From positions 174,158,001 to 174,222,000 of the forward strand of contig NC_042997.1 in NCBI RefSeq assembly GCF_006345805.1: 64,000 nucleotides of DNA, in the 5' to 3' direction. Source of the stretch: Octopus sinensis (taxonomy: Eukaryota). The position numbers and the translations under genes were made by a program. Positions 49,536-63,028 of this stretch are shown in pieces; within the stretch, counting starts at the first letter, position 1; each line of letters begins with the position of its first letter. Under the pieces are notes generated by a model, which was not told the DNA's origin, searched no databases, and worked only from the letters and a program-made list of their open reading frames with translations.

Positions 49536-51722
49536 TACATACGTGTGTGTGCGCGTACGTGTGTATATATATATATATATGTGTCTGACTATTTATTTAT
49601 GTAAGTATGAATGTATGTATGTTGCGATTTAAATTTAAATTACGCGACAACTAACCAGTATTCCGATCTCCGCGTGTATTGTTGTATATCCAAAATAAGA
49701 CTACTCTAAGTTTCATTTAGTTGGACTCTACAATTAGATAGATCGTAGAGGAAACAACAGAAACTGCGCTGGTTTGTGCATAAAACATTTACTTAGGTCA
49801 TCTTTCGCGCGTTTGATTTACAATGAACAAAATAGGCTACATGAGAAAAATCTGAGCTGATTTCTTCGTCATGCGTATAAAGATTTCGTAACTCTCATTA
49901 GTAATTTTTAGTATCCAGCCACAAAAGCAGTTGTTGGGATAATTGATAAATATATCACTGTTTGTAGTCCAATTAGGTGTTATGCACTCTCTGAAGATTT
50001 GACACTGCAGTCGGCTTATAACATTTTTCTTATGTACCTAGTAACACGTCTCTGGAATTTCACTGACTTCAGAGCCCAATTCGATGAGTTTTTACACACA
50101 AAGGCTATAAAGAGCAATTTTTCTCCTAGATAAAGGCCCTACAGCGAACGTCTTTCACGCTCTAGTGTGCAGAAACGCGTTAAATATAAATGAACATAGT
50201 GTTATTCTCGGTCAGCAGTTTATTTTCCCAATCCCTGCATAAAATATACTTACGCACCACCTTTTCGCGTTCATTGTAATTCCTTATATCCCTTCTTTTT
50301 ACTTTTTAATGATATTAAACAATATAGGTCATATAACCCATAGTTTATTCTCTAAATACATCTAACATTGAATTTTAATATGAAATGCTATGATGAGAAG
50401 AAAATATAAAATCAGCAAGGGTAAAGTACTCAGAATCGATTGTAGAAAAAAGGGCATGCATGGAAAACAATAGTATAAAAAACAAACAAACAAAAAAAGT
50501 CAATGAAATGAGAAGTCGCTACCTGTTGCTTGCGAAAAGCCATGTAGAGCCAATGAAGCAACTTTACAAATTCTGTATTAACCTTTTCTACTAAAGGTTG
50601 TTGCCTGTATATCAATGCTTAGAGAATCATTTGGTAACGTGAGTGGACAGGGCGGCTGTGATTGTTTGAAGGTAAATATTTGGTTGTAGACTAGATGTAA
50701 AAGATGTCACCTATCTCCTTTCTCATTCTCTGATAGAATTAATTAAGGCCTGAAGCTTTTAGCGAATCGAAGTGAATATGTTTGTCGAAGTAATGTGGAT
50801 TTTACATTTAGTTTTCCCATTCAGTTTTCCGATAAAGATGGTGATGCGACAACTTCCAGTCAATTTCACGTTAGAAATCTTCTGAATTGGGAACAATATA
50901 TCACCCGGCTGACAAGAGGTATCTTACAGAGTGTAACTATCGCTCTATTCTCTTTTATTAAACATATTCTCAGGGCCAACCTGTTGCCTGCAGGTATATA
51001 CTAATTTAATATTGTGGATTTCAAACAATGCATCAATACATATTATAACTCCCAGGTACGATGAATGATGATTCTGGAATGGCAGAATCTCTTGGGATAG
51101 CGTATTTATATTACAGTGAGTAATGCATGGAAACTAATCAATGAAGTGACCACTAACAACTTGCACGACCTGCCAGGATTAGCAACTAAATTGTCTTCGA
51201 ATCATACCCTACCAGTTTGAAAAAAAAACAACACACTGGATAATACGATCCTAGGTTATCTGCAATATAGAAAACAAAAAAATATAGAATCGTCATGACG
51301 GTGATATCTTTGACCACAGGTGTGCTTCATGAGGAGCGTCTTGGGACTAAACAAGACTTTCTACCGATTTTAATTTGGTTAGGTTGTTACACGAAAACAG
51401 GAAGAGCTTGTTTTTGCCAAACAACTTTTAGAAACGATGCGAAGTGCACTTAAGGTGGTTAAGACCACAAAGAAGAGGAAGAAAAAAAACCAAATGGTTA
51501 TATTCTTTTACTCTCTGTAAATAAGAGAAAATTCTAGGTAAATTCTATAGTATTAAACACTTTGTCGATGAATGTACGGCTGAGTAGTTAAGTATCTTTT
51601 ATTATCATGTGTGAGTGAGTCTGTATGTATTTGTGTAAATGTCCGTATGTATATATGTGTGTGTATACGTGTGTACATATACATATACATATAAAATACA
51701 TGGTTACATTTATATAAACATT

Positions 51723-51783
<61 letters not shown>

Positions 51784-51891
51784 TGCACACTTATATACTA
51801 ACAACCATATATACATACTATATAACATTCAGACGTGTATTGTGAAAGAAAGTGTGAAAAGTAAATAAATATATATGTCTGTGCATGTGTA

Positions 51892-51927
<36 letters not shown>

Positions 51928-53432
51928 GATAGACATACAGACAACAGACGCACAAACAAATAGGCAAACAGACAGGGAATCAGGTAGACAGACAGACAGA
52001 TAAAATAGAATAGAATGGGATAGAATATCGGTATCAAATAAACATCTTAACAGCACATTTAACTGGCTGCAATATGATAGCTGTGTAATTGCTGTTTAAC
52101 ATTTATGCCCAGTTATTTCTCTGGCTGTGAATTTTTATCCATATAGACGCCACCTTCCCCTAACCCTCTCTCTTCTTCTTGTCAGTTTGTCTTTCTCTCT
52201 TTCTTTCTAGCAACGTATTTTCACACCTATACGTAGGCATACATTCACATATAGACGCGAACATATACTCACGAACACCCATCGTTTGTAATATCACTGT
52301 TGATAATTATCTGCTCACTCAAGCAAATTAACTGAAGTATTTTATTTTTTCATAAGAAACACAATACGCAAACATAAATATGTGAAAAATTAACAATGAA
52401 GAATGTTATTCGAAGCATAACCGTTTTTTAAAAAAAAAAGCAAAAAAAAAACAATGATAGCCGAGAAAGATCTCTTCGTGTGACTGCCATTATTATTCTG
52501 GTCAAGGTCGTAAAATGTTATCACAGAGATCAGGTGAAAAAGAAATAGGTACAAAACTCCACCCAAGGATATGTGCTTTCAAGCTTAACTTTGAAAGAAT
52601 CATTGACAGCGTATGTTTTTATAATGGCATCTCATTATACCCACCTCCTCCGTTTTGCTCGCCAGAAAGAAAATTTGATCAAGGCCTTGAATTTAATATC
52701 GGTGTATTTAAGCCCAAATAACGCTTTTAACGACATTTCTAGATGGGTATCAGTGACTATAAAATGTTATTTAAAGACCAATAACCCTTTTAAAGCTATT
52801 GCTAAATGTTGGTTTCATGGCGTGAAAGAGAATGTGTGATAAGAGTTACCACAAATACGAGTGCCAGCCTAACATAGGTAACATTTCTAGATGATCTTGT
52901 ACTTATTTCTGGAAGTAATGTAAAGCTTTTCTCTTATAATTAACTTTTATGGTTTGGTGGAGAAGGGAAACTGAGGCTGTACATTTATTTTTGTAGAATC
53001 TTCGAGACTAGTTGGAGACGAATTGATGAAGTATTGATAATCTGAAAGCAGAATCGGTCTTGTAACATAGTTGACTAATATATAAAAAAACAACAACAAC
53101 CAAGGATCACGTGGTTGTGCTAAAGCGGGTGACAGATTAAGTACATTATATGAGAACATTGAGAGGTTATCCAAAAGGCTTCTGCGGTTTCTGTCTAATT
53201 TTATTCAGAAATGCTTGCTATGATCCTATGCACTGGTTGGAGATGCAAGTAGAGTTGAGTGGATAAGAAGAAAGTTTCAAAATCATGAGATCACGGGTTT
53301 GATCTTTGCTTTGGACAAATGTCTTTTAGAATAGCCTCGTGCCAACCCAGTTCTCTCAAATGAGATTGGTAGACACATATTGTTCGATGCCCGACGAATA
53401 TATTTCAAAAGCATCATCTTGTCTGTAATTCA

Positions 53433-53654
53433 ATGGCAGAATCGTTGGCACGCTGGGCGAAATGCTTAGCGGTGTTTCGTCTGCCGTTGCGTTCTGAGTT
53501 CAAGTTCCGCCGAGGTTGACTTTGCCTTTCATCCTTACGGGGTCGATAAATTAAGTACCAGTTGCGCACTGGGGTCGATCTAATCGACTTAATACCTATG
53601 TCTGTCCTTGTTAGTCCCCTCTATGTTTAGCCCCTTGTGGGTAATAAAGAAATA
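53433..53654 (+). mobile_element. SINE family A, nearly full length
   Basis: Near-consensus sequence. Confidence 0.92.
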
Positions 53655-53825
53655 ATTCTAGCTTGGTCACTATGTTACTGTTACAGAACACACGAAAAAC
53701 ATTTATTTGTTTAAACATACCGAACGTCTTACTCATTGATACCTACGGAGGGTCCATCATCAGAAGGACGTTTGCATAAAATGTTGCAATATGAGATAGA
53801 AGACAGAGCAACGTTTGTTATTTAT

Positions 53826-54063
53826 TAATTAATTTGGCTTGTAGGAAGAGACTGTTGCCATAAACTTCGCGGCCGCCCCAAAGCAGGTGAGCTTGATGTT
53901 GTCAGTGTTCTGTTTAATTTAGCGCCAGCGGGAAAGACCTGCATCGAGGCAGTTCTAGAGAATCCGTGTTCCATGTCACTGCAGAACAAACTCCTTACAA
54001 TACAGCAATGCCTATATAGCGGTCTGTGCAGAAATACATTCTGTATATATGTTACATTCTGAA
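53826..54063. other. GC/CpG-enriched non-repeat island, candidate exon (strand unresolved)
   Basis: Plus strand: tgtAG|42 nt (53845-53886)|GTGAGC. Stop-free frames of ~77-80 codons exist on both strands. No recognisable domain. Confidence 0.3.
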
Positions 54064-54926
54064 ATTAAACTCCACAAAGGTTAACGTTGCTTTCATCCAC
54101 CTAAGATCCTCGAAGAAAGCAATAAGCCGATTGCTAGTATCTGTATAATTGATCATTTCGTAAATCCTCATAAAAAATGTATATGACTGAGGCAATTGTT
54201 AAAAGTCAAAATTATCATACTCCCACCTCCAATCAATGAAGCACCTTGGTTTAATTGGTCAGTGAATTCGTTTATGTAGTGATTCTAGCAATTATTAGTT
54301 GCAGTGTGAGGTTAATATAGATATTATGCTACCGGTTCGAGAAAATATGTATCAGACGCGTAATAAGTTAATTCAATCGTCTGTTTCTAGCCACAAAATT
54401 TGTGACCTTGCGCCTAGATTAGAATTATAATAGTGTACATGATAAAATAGAGTTCCTTATTTGCTCTGCTGGAGTAGTGAATAAAGAGAAACAGTAGAGC
54501 ATTGAAGAAAATACTATGCGATATTTATGTTTTCCATTAAAATCCTGCCGTTCTTCGTTCATCCACCATCGAAGAAACAATTACCAGAGAAATATGTAAT
54601 AGCTGAGCTTATATAATAAGCGATACCTGTCCTCAAAAACGTTTGACCGAGCTTTAGGCCTACATACGAAATCAATCTGCTTTTCAAACGTATTAGCTAA
54701 ATAAAATCAAGTCAATATAATGGAATGGCAACTAAATTATCTCTCAAACTACCTTCTAAGAAAAAGACAAATTTGATAATGTGATCTTGACCTGGGAAAC
54801 TGGTAGGATGACTAGGACTGGAATTCAAAGATATTACATGTCTGTTAGATCAATGCCTACATTAGGTCTAGAATAAATAATCACAACAATATCAACAACG
54901 ACCATAACAGCATTGTATACCCATTC

Positions 54927-55315
54927 GTGGAGGCGCAATGGCCCAGTGGTTAGGGCAGCGGACTCGCGGTCATAGGGTCGCGGTTTCGATTCCCAGACCG
55001 GGCGTTGTGAGTGTTTATTGAGCGAAAACACCTAAAGCTCCACGAGGCTCCGGCAGGGGATGGTGGTGATCCCTGCTGTACTCTTTCACCACAACTTTCT
55101 CTCACTCTTACTTCCTGTTTCTGTTGTACCTGTATTTCAAAGGGCCGGCCTTGTCACTCTCTGTGTCACGTTGAATATCCCCGAGAACTACGTTAAGGGT
55201 ACACGTGTCTGTGGAGTGCTCAGCCACTTACACGTTAATTTCACGAGCAGGCTGTTCCGTTGATTCGGATCAACCGGAACCCTTGTCGTCGTAACCGACG
55301 GAGTGCTTCCAGCCA
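54927..55315 (+). mobile_element. tRNA-derived SINE family C, full length with 12-bp TSD
   Basis: A box tggcccagtgg, B box ggtttcgattccc. GTATACCCATTC at 54915-54926 and 55316-55327. Confidence 0.95.
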
Positions 55316-55754
55316 GTATACCCATTCACTGATATGCTACTTTTACCATAAATTCTACCTGATTTAATAAAATTATACAGCATCCTTCTCGAGGCCTGTA
55401 GGCTCATAAGGGCCAGTTTCCCGGTTTCCATGGCGTATATTCTTTTATTCCTTTATTCTTTTACTTGTTCCAGTCATGTGACTGTGGTCATGCTGGAGCA
55501 CCGCCTTTAAAGTAAAACCTGTGTCATATATATTTACCTCCTGGCCTGGGTACCGGTCCATTGCTGGATTATTCAGTTTTGTCAGTTGAATGGTCAAAAG
55601 ATACGCGAAATGAAAGGTTTTGCTCAAGAACACAACGTGTATCCCAGTCCAGGAACTTAAACTGTAGCCTTACGATTATGAGTCCAACATCCTAACATCC
55701 TAAGATCACACGCTTCCACACCTAATTTAATAACGTATTTTTAAAATTTTTATA

Positions 55755-56004
55755 TCCTTTTACTTGTGTCATCATTTGAGTGCGGCCATGCTGGAGCACC
55801 GGCCTGAAAGGTTTTAGTCGAAGAAATTGACTCCAGAACTTATTCCTTGTAAGCCTAGTACTTATTCAATCAATCTCTTTTGCTGGACCGGTTGTCAAGC
55901 GATGATGGTGGGACAAACACAGACACAAACACACACACACACACACACCACACACACACACACACACGCACGCACGCACACACACACACGCACACACACA
56001 CACG

Positions 56005-56042
<38 letters not shown>

Positions 56043-56166
56043 CTATGGTCTTGTTTCAGTTTCCGTCAACCAAACCCACTTGCCGAAGGTGCCGCGCAGT
56101 GGGACTGAACCCGGGACCATGTGGTTGAGAGCCAAACTTTTTACCACACATCCACGCCTGCGCCTA
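55755..56166 (-). mobile_element. SINE family B
   Basis: Tail, (CA)n and head are recognisable. Another tail fragment lies at 55445-55510. Confidence 0.88.
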
Positions 56167-56948
56167 TACGTATACTGACTTCTAGGAAATATTTTTAATG
56201 TGAGTGAAACGTTTCGACTGTCTTCAACATTTAAGACCTCTGACCGAAAGTAAGGGCTCGACCTATCAGAGATGACCGCCAAGTCTCAGATCACGTACCA
56301 GTTCAATCGAAGCTGACTTGGAACTTACTAAACAGCTTCGAAAATCAGTTTATTGAGATTTTATTTGGTCGTTTGATTTACCAGAAAAAGCCTCCAATAC
56401 CTCACCCAATTAGGAGACAAGCCATTATAAGTAAGGAAAGAACACACTGGATGATATACAGTATTAGATACCACTGAAAAAAAAAAAAAAAAAAATGGTA
56501 ATATAGTAAATTACTCTCATCATAAGGTTAATGGTTCGAGGCTTACCTTGGGATAAATAACAAGAATAACGACATTAAAATTTTTACCGATGACCAATAA
56601 CATGTAAATTCTCCAGGTTTTATTTTAACGACAAACTAAAGAAAGAAATACAGTTTTATTCGAATTTGTTTTTCTTTTAATTTTTCTTTTAATTTTTCTT
56701 TTTATCTCTTATCAGGTGTTCCTTTATATTTATACTTGTTTATAAACAAGATGTTATACGGGAAGGCTGCTGAACATTTCAATCAACCAATCATTATTAA
56801 AAAAAACAGAAGTAAAATAAAAAAAAAACAACCTAAAATAAGGAGGGAAAAAGACAGCTAAGAAGTAAACTAATATATACCATCAATGTGCGAGATATTA
56901 TCAGTAAATGATAAAAAATAATTGATTTTGTTTATTGCAGTTGTAAAC

Positions 56949-57016
<68 letters not shown>

Positions 57017-57202
57017 CTGTGCGCGCGTGTGTGTGTGTGTGAGTGTGTGTGTGTGTGTGTGTGAGTGTGTGTGTGTGTGTGTGTGTGAGTGTGTGTATCT
57101 ACATAAACACAAGCACACATGTACATACATTCATATATAAAAATGTATACATGACTGCATTAGCATTATGCACATATGTTGTATATATATATGTATATAT
57201 AT

Positions 57203-57289
<87 letters not shown>

Positions 57290-57875
57290 TGTATGCATGT
57301 ATGCACACACCATACACGTGTGTGTATAGATTTCTTCATTGATTCATTATTTCGATTTGGAAGTGAAGAAGAGTTTTCTGCAAAATATTTAGTTGACTGA
57401 GATTTCTTACTGGTTGAGTGAAGAGAAGATAAAATGGCGGTATACGTTGTGAATTGTGGAGTGGAAGTAGGAGTTAGGACTTAAGAGTAGGAGAATGAGA
57501 AGAAGGGATAAAGAAATGTAAGCAGGAAGGAAGCATACAGCGGGAAATTGTGGAGAAACAGAGAGAGAAAAAACGAGATAGACAGAAAAGTCATTTGATA
57601 TATATATGCAATGACATACTTGATATGCCTAAATTGCATGAGAGATGCTTGATTAGCGCTGAGGAGAAGATTTCCGTGGGAGATTTCAATATTTAGTTTT
57701 TCCTAGCACGTGACTCTCGGGGGCTCATGCTCCAATCCTTGCCTGGCTGGCCAAACAGACAGGAAGCTCTACGAGATAATCCGATAATCAGCTCCAGTAA
57801 TCCGATTTATGTCGAAGTTTTATCATTTTTCATTCGTTTGTTGTTTCTCATCTTTTGTTGGTATGTATGTTTTCG

Positions 57876-57962
<87 letters not shown>

Positions 57963-58302
57963 TATACATATATATATATGGTATATATGTGTATGTGTAT
58001 ATGTGTTTCGTTGCCTTTTTTCGTTTCTTATTAACATTCTATTTTGTCTTTCTCTTCTCTTTATTTTCTCCCCATCATTTTCCACCCAGTTTCTACCCAC
58101 TTGCTAACCACTTACCACTCCCTTCTTCTGTATCATATGTATGCATGCATGTATTTATGTATGTGTGTATGTATGTATGTATGAATGTACGTATGTATAT
58201 ATGTATGTATGAATGTACGTATGTATATATGTATGTATATTTATATTTGTAGCATCTTTTTTTCAATTCTCGTTATCAGATTAACAAGGAAAGAAATTGT
58301 AT

Positions 58303-58386
58303 GAAGAAGAAGAAGAAGAAGAAGAAGAAGAAGAAGAAGAAGAAGAAGAAGAAGAAGAAGAAGAAGAAGAAGAAGAAGAAGAAGAA
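58303..58386. repeat. (GAA)n microsatellite
   Basis: Directly visible. Confidence 0.95.
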
Positions 58387-58721
58387 ATCGAATGGTATTG
58401 ACAAATGCAAATCCATCGAAATCTATATGTAAGGACACTTTGGTCGATAGTAAATAGATCTGTTAGATAGAAGGAAAGAAAATGGTGAGATGGAAGAAGG
58501 AAAAAAGAAAAAAAGAGAAATGAAATAGAATGAAAAACAGAAGGGAGAGGAGGGGGAAAAGGATATAGGAGGAGGGTAGTGTGGAGTGAGGTGAAGTGAG
58601 TGTGTATGTGTGGGAGGCGTGTAAAATTAGGAAGTGGGGAAGGGCAACAATGAAAGAAATTTGGTAAGAAACAGTATTAAGGTATATGATGAGGCTACTG
58701 ATATAAGATAATAATAATAAT

Positions 58722-58766
<45 letters not shown>

Positions 58767-58791
58767 GTATAATAATAACAATAATAATAAC

Positions 58792-58976
58792 GGTTTCAAA
58801 ATTCGCCACAAGGGTAGCCGTTTTGGAGGAAGGTATGAGTCGATTACATCGTCCCAGTGTTTCACTGGTACTTAATTTATCGACCCCGAAAGGATGAAAT
58901 GCAAATTCGACCTTGGCGGAATTCGAACTCAGAAAGTGGAGACGGATGAAATGCTGCTAAGCATTTCGCCCGGTTT
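58792..58976 (-). mobile_element. SINE family A (variant tail), head truncated
   Basis: ggtacttaatttatcgaccccgaaaggatgaaa central domain. Confidence 0.88.
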
Positions 58977-59010
58977 ATAATAATAATAATAATAGTAATG
59001 ATAATAATGA

Positions 59011-59066
<56 letters not shown>

Positions 59067-59074
59067 TTATTATT

Positions 59075-59170
59075 ATTTGCATATACACAATTTGGGTTCT
59101 TTGTTGTTCTTTGTAGACTTCAGAATATGAAAGTTTTCTTTATATTAGCATCATTATTGTTACAGTTGCG

Positions 59171-59173
<3 letters not shown>
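59075..59173. repeat. Second copy of the 13041-13140 dispersed repeat
   Basis: Direct sequence match. Confidence 0.9.
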
Positions 59174-59220
<47 letters not shown>

Positions 59221-59221
<1 letters not shown>

Positions 59222-59899
59222 AGATGGGCTACAGCAAATATTCTGCTCAATACCACAGATTTGCTTGTCAGTTGTTTGACCTAAGATGGGCTACAGCAAA
59301 TATTCTGCTCAATACCACAGATTTGCTTGTCAGTTGTTTGACCTGCCCTGATGAAGTACCAGGCAGTGGCTCTCATGGCTTCTGATCTTAACTGATTGGA
59401 AGTGTTATCATGTACATTGTTTTGTCTTGGTATAAAAGATGGGCTACAGCAAATATTCTGCTCAATACCACAGATTTGCTTGTCAGTTGTTTGACCTTAA
59501 CCAGTTGAGCATGTCCCTTAGTGGCTGATGATACGTGCAACTCTGATCAGGAGCAGAAGTAGTGGGGGAACATCATAGCCATGTGTTGAGAGGGATGCTT
59601 TGGGGTTTGAATAAATCATTTCTGGAAACATGGGTGTTTCGTTCAACATCCTTAAACAAACCCTTATTCAGGGACCATTTGTGCGGGATGGGCAACTCAA
59701 CCTGAAGAAAATTCTAACTGGGCCCCACCTGCAAGGTCATGTGCTGTTTATCTTGATATGAGATCACCATGTCGCGCACATATGGTTGTGATGCATGTGC
59801 CTGGTGTACCTTTATCAGACGGGTAGTCATGATGGGTATATTGGCTTCGTATATTTTACCCCAGTGTCACTTTGATGGCATGAACTGCTCTCTCACTCA
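59221..59899 (+). mobile_element. Full ~555-bp (AAT)n-associated non-coding element (59345-59899) preceded by two 62-bp copies of an internal segment
   Basis: Matches 62101-62650. The 62-mer occurs at 59221, 59283 and internally at 59436. Confidence 0.92.
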
Positions 59900-59940
59900 A
59901 TAATAATAATAATAATAATAATAACTATAATGATAATATC

Positions 59941-60355
59941 GAAATGGAAAGGATGCGGCATTTCAAGAGGGTTACTATACAAGTGATTGTAGGAGCACAT
60001 GGAATGATCAAAAAATTAAATGAAGATTATTTAAGAATGATCCCTGGGTTACCATCCATACAGGAAGTGTAAAAGTTTGTCTTAACTGGTACTTCACATG
60101 CATTGAGAAGAGCATTGTCACTGAATTTTCTTCCTTTTTAACCATTTATTTTCTTTGCTTACTGTTTTATTTTTATTCTTTATTTTTTCGCTGTATTTCT
60201 TCTCCTTTTGCTCTATCACATGACTTTGTAAATGGACAACTTGGTGTGTTTAATTTAATGGCCTACCAGTATATACACCGTGTTCCTCTGCCCTAAGTAT
60301 CTGGAAGACACTGGACAAGAAACGGGAACAGAAATGAAAAATGAGGACAATGAAA
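59941..60355 (+). mobile_element. R4/Dong LINE 3' end
   Basis: VTIQVIVGAHGMIKK...PGLPSIQEV*KFVLTGTSHALRRALSL plus 3' UTR, between (AAT)n tracts. Confidence 0.88.
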
Positions 60356-60367
60356 ATAATAATAATA

Positions 60368-60577
60368 ATTTCTATTACAGACACAAGGCCTGAAATTTGG
60401 TGGAGGAGTATGGTCGATTACATCGACCCCAGTGTGTAACTGGTACTTAGTTTATTGACCTCAAAAGAATGAAAAGCAAAGTCGACTTCGGCGGAATTTG
60501 AACTCAGAACGTGAAGATGGACGAAATGCCGCGAAGCATTTTGCCAGGTGTGGTAACGATTCTGCCAGCGCGACGCC

Positions 60578-60578
<1 letters not shown>
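60368..60578 (-). mobile_element. SINE family A
   Basis: Full head to tail, diverged. Confidence 0.9.
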
Positions 60579-60627
<49 letters not shown>

Positions 60628-60640
60628 TAATAATAATAAT

Positions 60641-61110
60641 TGTTTTGGTATAAAAGATGGGCTACAGCAAATATTCTGCTCAATACCACAGATTTGCTTG
60701 TCAGTTGTTTGACCTTAACCAGTTGAGCATGTCCCTTAGTGGCTGACGATATGTGCATCTCTGATCACGAGTGGAAGTAGTGGGGGAGCATCATAGCCAT
60801 GTGTTGAGAGGGATTCTTTGAGGTTTGAATAGTTCACCTCTGGAAACATGGGTGGTTCTTTCAACATCCTTAAACAACCCTTTTCAGGGACTGTTTGAGC
60901 GGGATGGGCTACTCAACCTGAAGAAAATTCTAACTGGCCCCACCTGCAAGGTCATGTGCGTTTATCTTGATATGAGATCACCATGTCGCGCACATATGGT
61001 TGTGATGCATGTGCCTGGTGTACTTTATCAGACGGGTAGTCATGATGGGATATTGGCTTCGTATATTTTACCCCAGTGTCACTTTGATGGCATGAACTGC
61101 TCTCTCACTC
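60641..61110 (+). mobile_element. 5'-truncated copy of the (AAT)n-associated element
   Basis: Direct match, (AAT)n on both sides. Confidence 0.92.
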
Positions 61111-61125
61111 AATAATAATAATAAT

Positions 61126-61159
<34 letters not shown>

Positions 61160-61177
61160 TAATAATAATAATAATAA

Positions 61178-61221
<44 letters not shown>

Positions 61222-61249
61222 GCAACAACTGCAACAATAATAATGATGA

Positions 61250-61450
61250 TTTCTTTTATTTGCCACCAAGGCACAAGGCCAGCAATTTCGGGAGAGGACT
61301 TAAGTCGAATGCAAGTAACCCAGTACTCAACTGGTATTTATTTTATCAACGCCGAAAGAATAAAAGGCAAAGTTTACCTCGCCGGAACATGAACGTAGAA
61401 CGTGAAGTCGAACGAAATTCCGTTAAGCAGTTTGCCCGGTATTCTAACTG
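61250..61450 (-). mobile_element. SINE family A, degenerate
   Basis: ctggtatttattttatcaacgccgaaagaataaaaggcaaagtt. Confidence 0.75.
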
Positions 61451-61649
61451 TTCTCCCATCTCATTGCCTTAATAATAATTTGTCACAAAGCCAGCAATTT
61501 TAGAAAGAGCGGCATCGTCAGTTACATCGACCAAATTTCTTGAATGCTACTTTACTTTATCGACATCGAAAGGATGGAATTTTACTCAGAACGAGGAGTT
61601 GGAAGAACTTTTACCGCGAAGATGACGAGCACGAGGATACAGAGAGCAA

Positions 61650-61838
61650 CACAAATAGGAGAGGTCCCAGTTTAGTATAGCTGCAGAAAACAGTGCTATT
61701 AGGGACAGATAGGACACTTGTTGGTATCTAAGGTTATTTGCTGTAACTCAATAGGAGAGCTCTTGGCATCTAAAGTTACTTGTTGTAGCTCGACGTTAGG
61801 ATCTTTTTGTTTTCCGACACTCTAAGCTGTTGAGTGTA
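61650..61838 (+). mobile_element. R4/Dong LINE extreme 3' end (second subfamily)
   Basis: LQKTVLLGTDRTL. UTR similar to 63320-63386, ends in (AAT)n. Confidence 0.7.
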
Positions 61839-62029
61839 TAATAATAATAATAATAATAATATAATATAATAATATAATAATAATAATAATAATAATAACA
61901 ACAATAATAATAATAATAATAATAATACAACAACAACAACAACAACAACAATAATAATAATATAATAATAATAATAATAACAACAACAACAACAACAACA
62001 ATAATAATAATAATAATAACAACAACAAC

Positions 62030-62066
<37 letters not shown>

Positions 62067-62100
62067 GTAATAATAATAATAGTAATAATAATAATAATAA

Positions 62101-62650
62101 GTGCCCTGATGCAGTACCAGGCAATGGCTCTCATGGCTTCTGATCTTAACTGATTGGAAGTGTTAACATGTACATTGTTTTGTCTTGGTATAAAAGATGG
62201 GCTACAGCAAATATTCTGCTCAATACCACAGATTTGCTTGTCAGTTGTTTGACCATAACCAGTTGAGCATGTCCCTTAGTGGCTGACGATATGTGCATCT
62301 CTGATCACGAGCAGAAGTAGTGGGGGAGCATCATAGCCATGTGTTGAGAGGAATTCTTTGGGGTTGAATAATTCACCTCTGGAAACATGGGTGGTTCTTT
62401 CAACATCCTTAAAAACCCTTATTCAGGGACCGTTTGAGCAGGATGGGCTATCAACCTGAAGAAAATTCTAACTGGGCCCCACCTGCAAGGTCATGTGCTG
62501 TTTATCTTGATATGAGATCACCATGTCGCACACATATGGTTGTGATGCATGTGCCTGGTGTGCCCTTATCAGACGGGTAGTCATGATGGGTATATTGGGC
62601 TTCGTATATTTTACCCCAGTGTCACTTTGATGGCATGAACTGCTCTCTCA
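62101..62650 (+). mobile_element. Full copy of the (AAT)n-associated non-coding element
   Basis: gtgccctgatgcagtaccaggc ... ctgctctctca(AAT)n. Confidence 0.92.
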
Positions 62651-62653
62651 ATC

Positions 62654-62684
<31 letters not shown>

Positions 62685-62701
62685 TTAATAATAATAATAA
62701 T

Positions 62702-63028
62702 AAGGCGGTTACAATACCAGTGATCGTAGGAGCACTAGGAATGATCAAGAAGGGAACCGAAAATTATATGAGAATGATCCCTGGCTTACCATCCCTGCAA
62801 GAAGTGCAAAAGATTGTCTTAACTGGTACATCACACGTATTGAGAAAAGCATTGTCGCTGTGAGAGCTGTTACTGCCCATGTATTTTAATTTAACCTTAA
62901 AAAAAGAAATGAACGAACTATTGAGTTTGGTTTAATGGCCTACCAATGTATACTATGAGTTTCTTTGCCCTAGGAGTCGGGAAGACGCTCGGCAAGAAAT
63001 GGAAGCAAATTTGAAAGAAGAAGAAAAA
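62702..63028 (+). mobile_element. R4/Dong LINE 3' end
   Basis: KAVTIPVIVGALGMIKKGTENYMRMIPGLPSLQEVQKIVLTGTSHVLRKALSL* plus UTR matching 60240-60355. Confidence 0.92.

Noticed and set aside
52515-52839. Two overlapping 68-88 aa ORFs in non-repeat DNA
   Set aside because: No motif, splice context or codon bias that I can support.
54927-55000. tRNA-like sequences at SINE heads (also 33877, 41783 and others)
   Set aside because: A and B boxes are present but there is no complete cloverleaf or acceptor stem, and they continue into SINE bodies with TSDs. Not tRNA genes.
62101-62175. Possible HDV-like ribozyme at the 5' end of the AAT-associated element
   Set aside because: I could not build the nested double pseudoknot or find the catalytic C in J4/2. 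Only two simple hairpins are visible.
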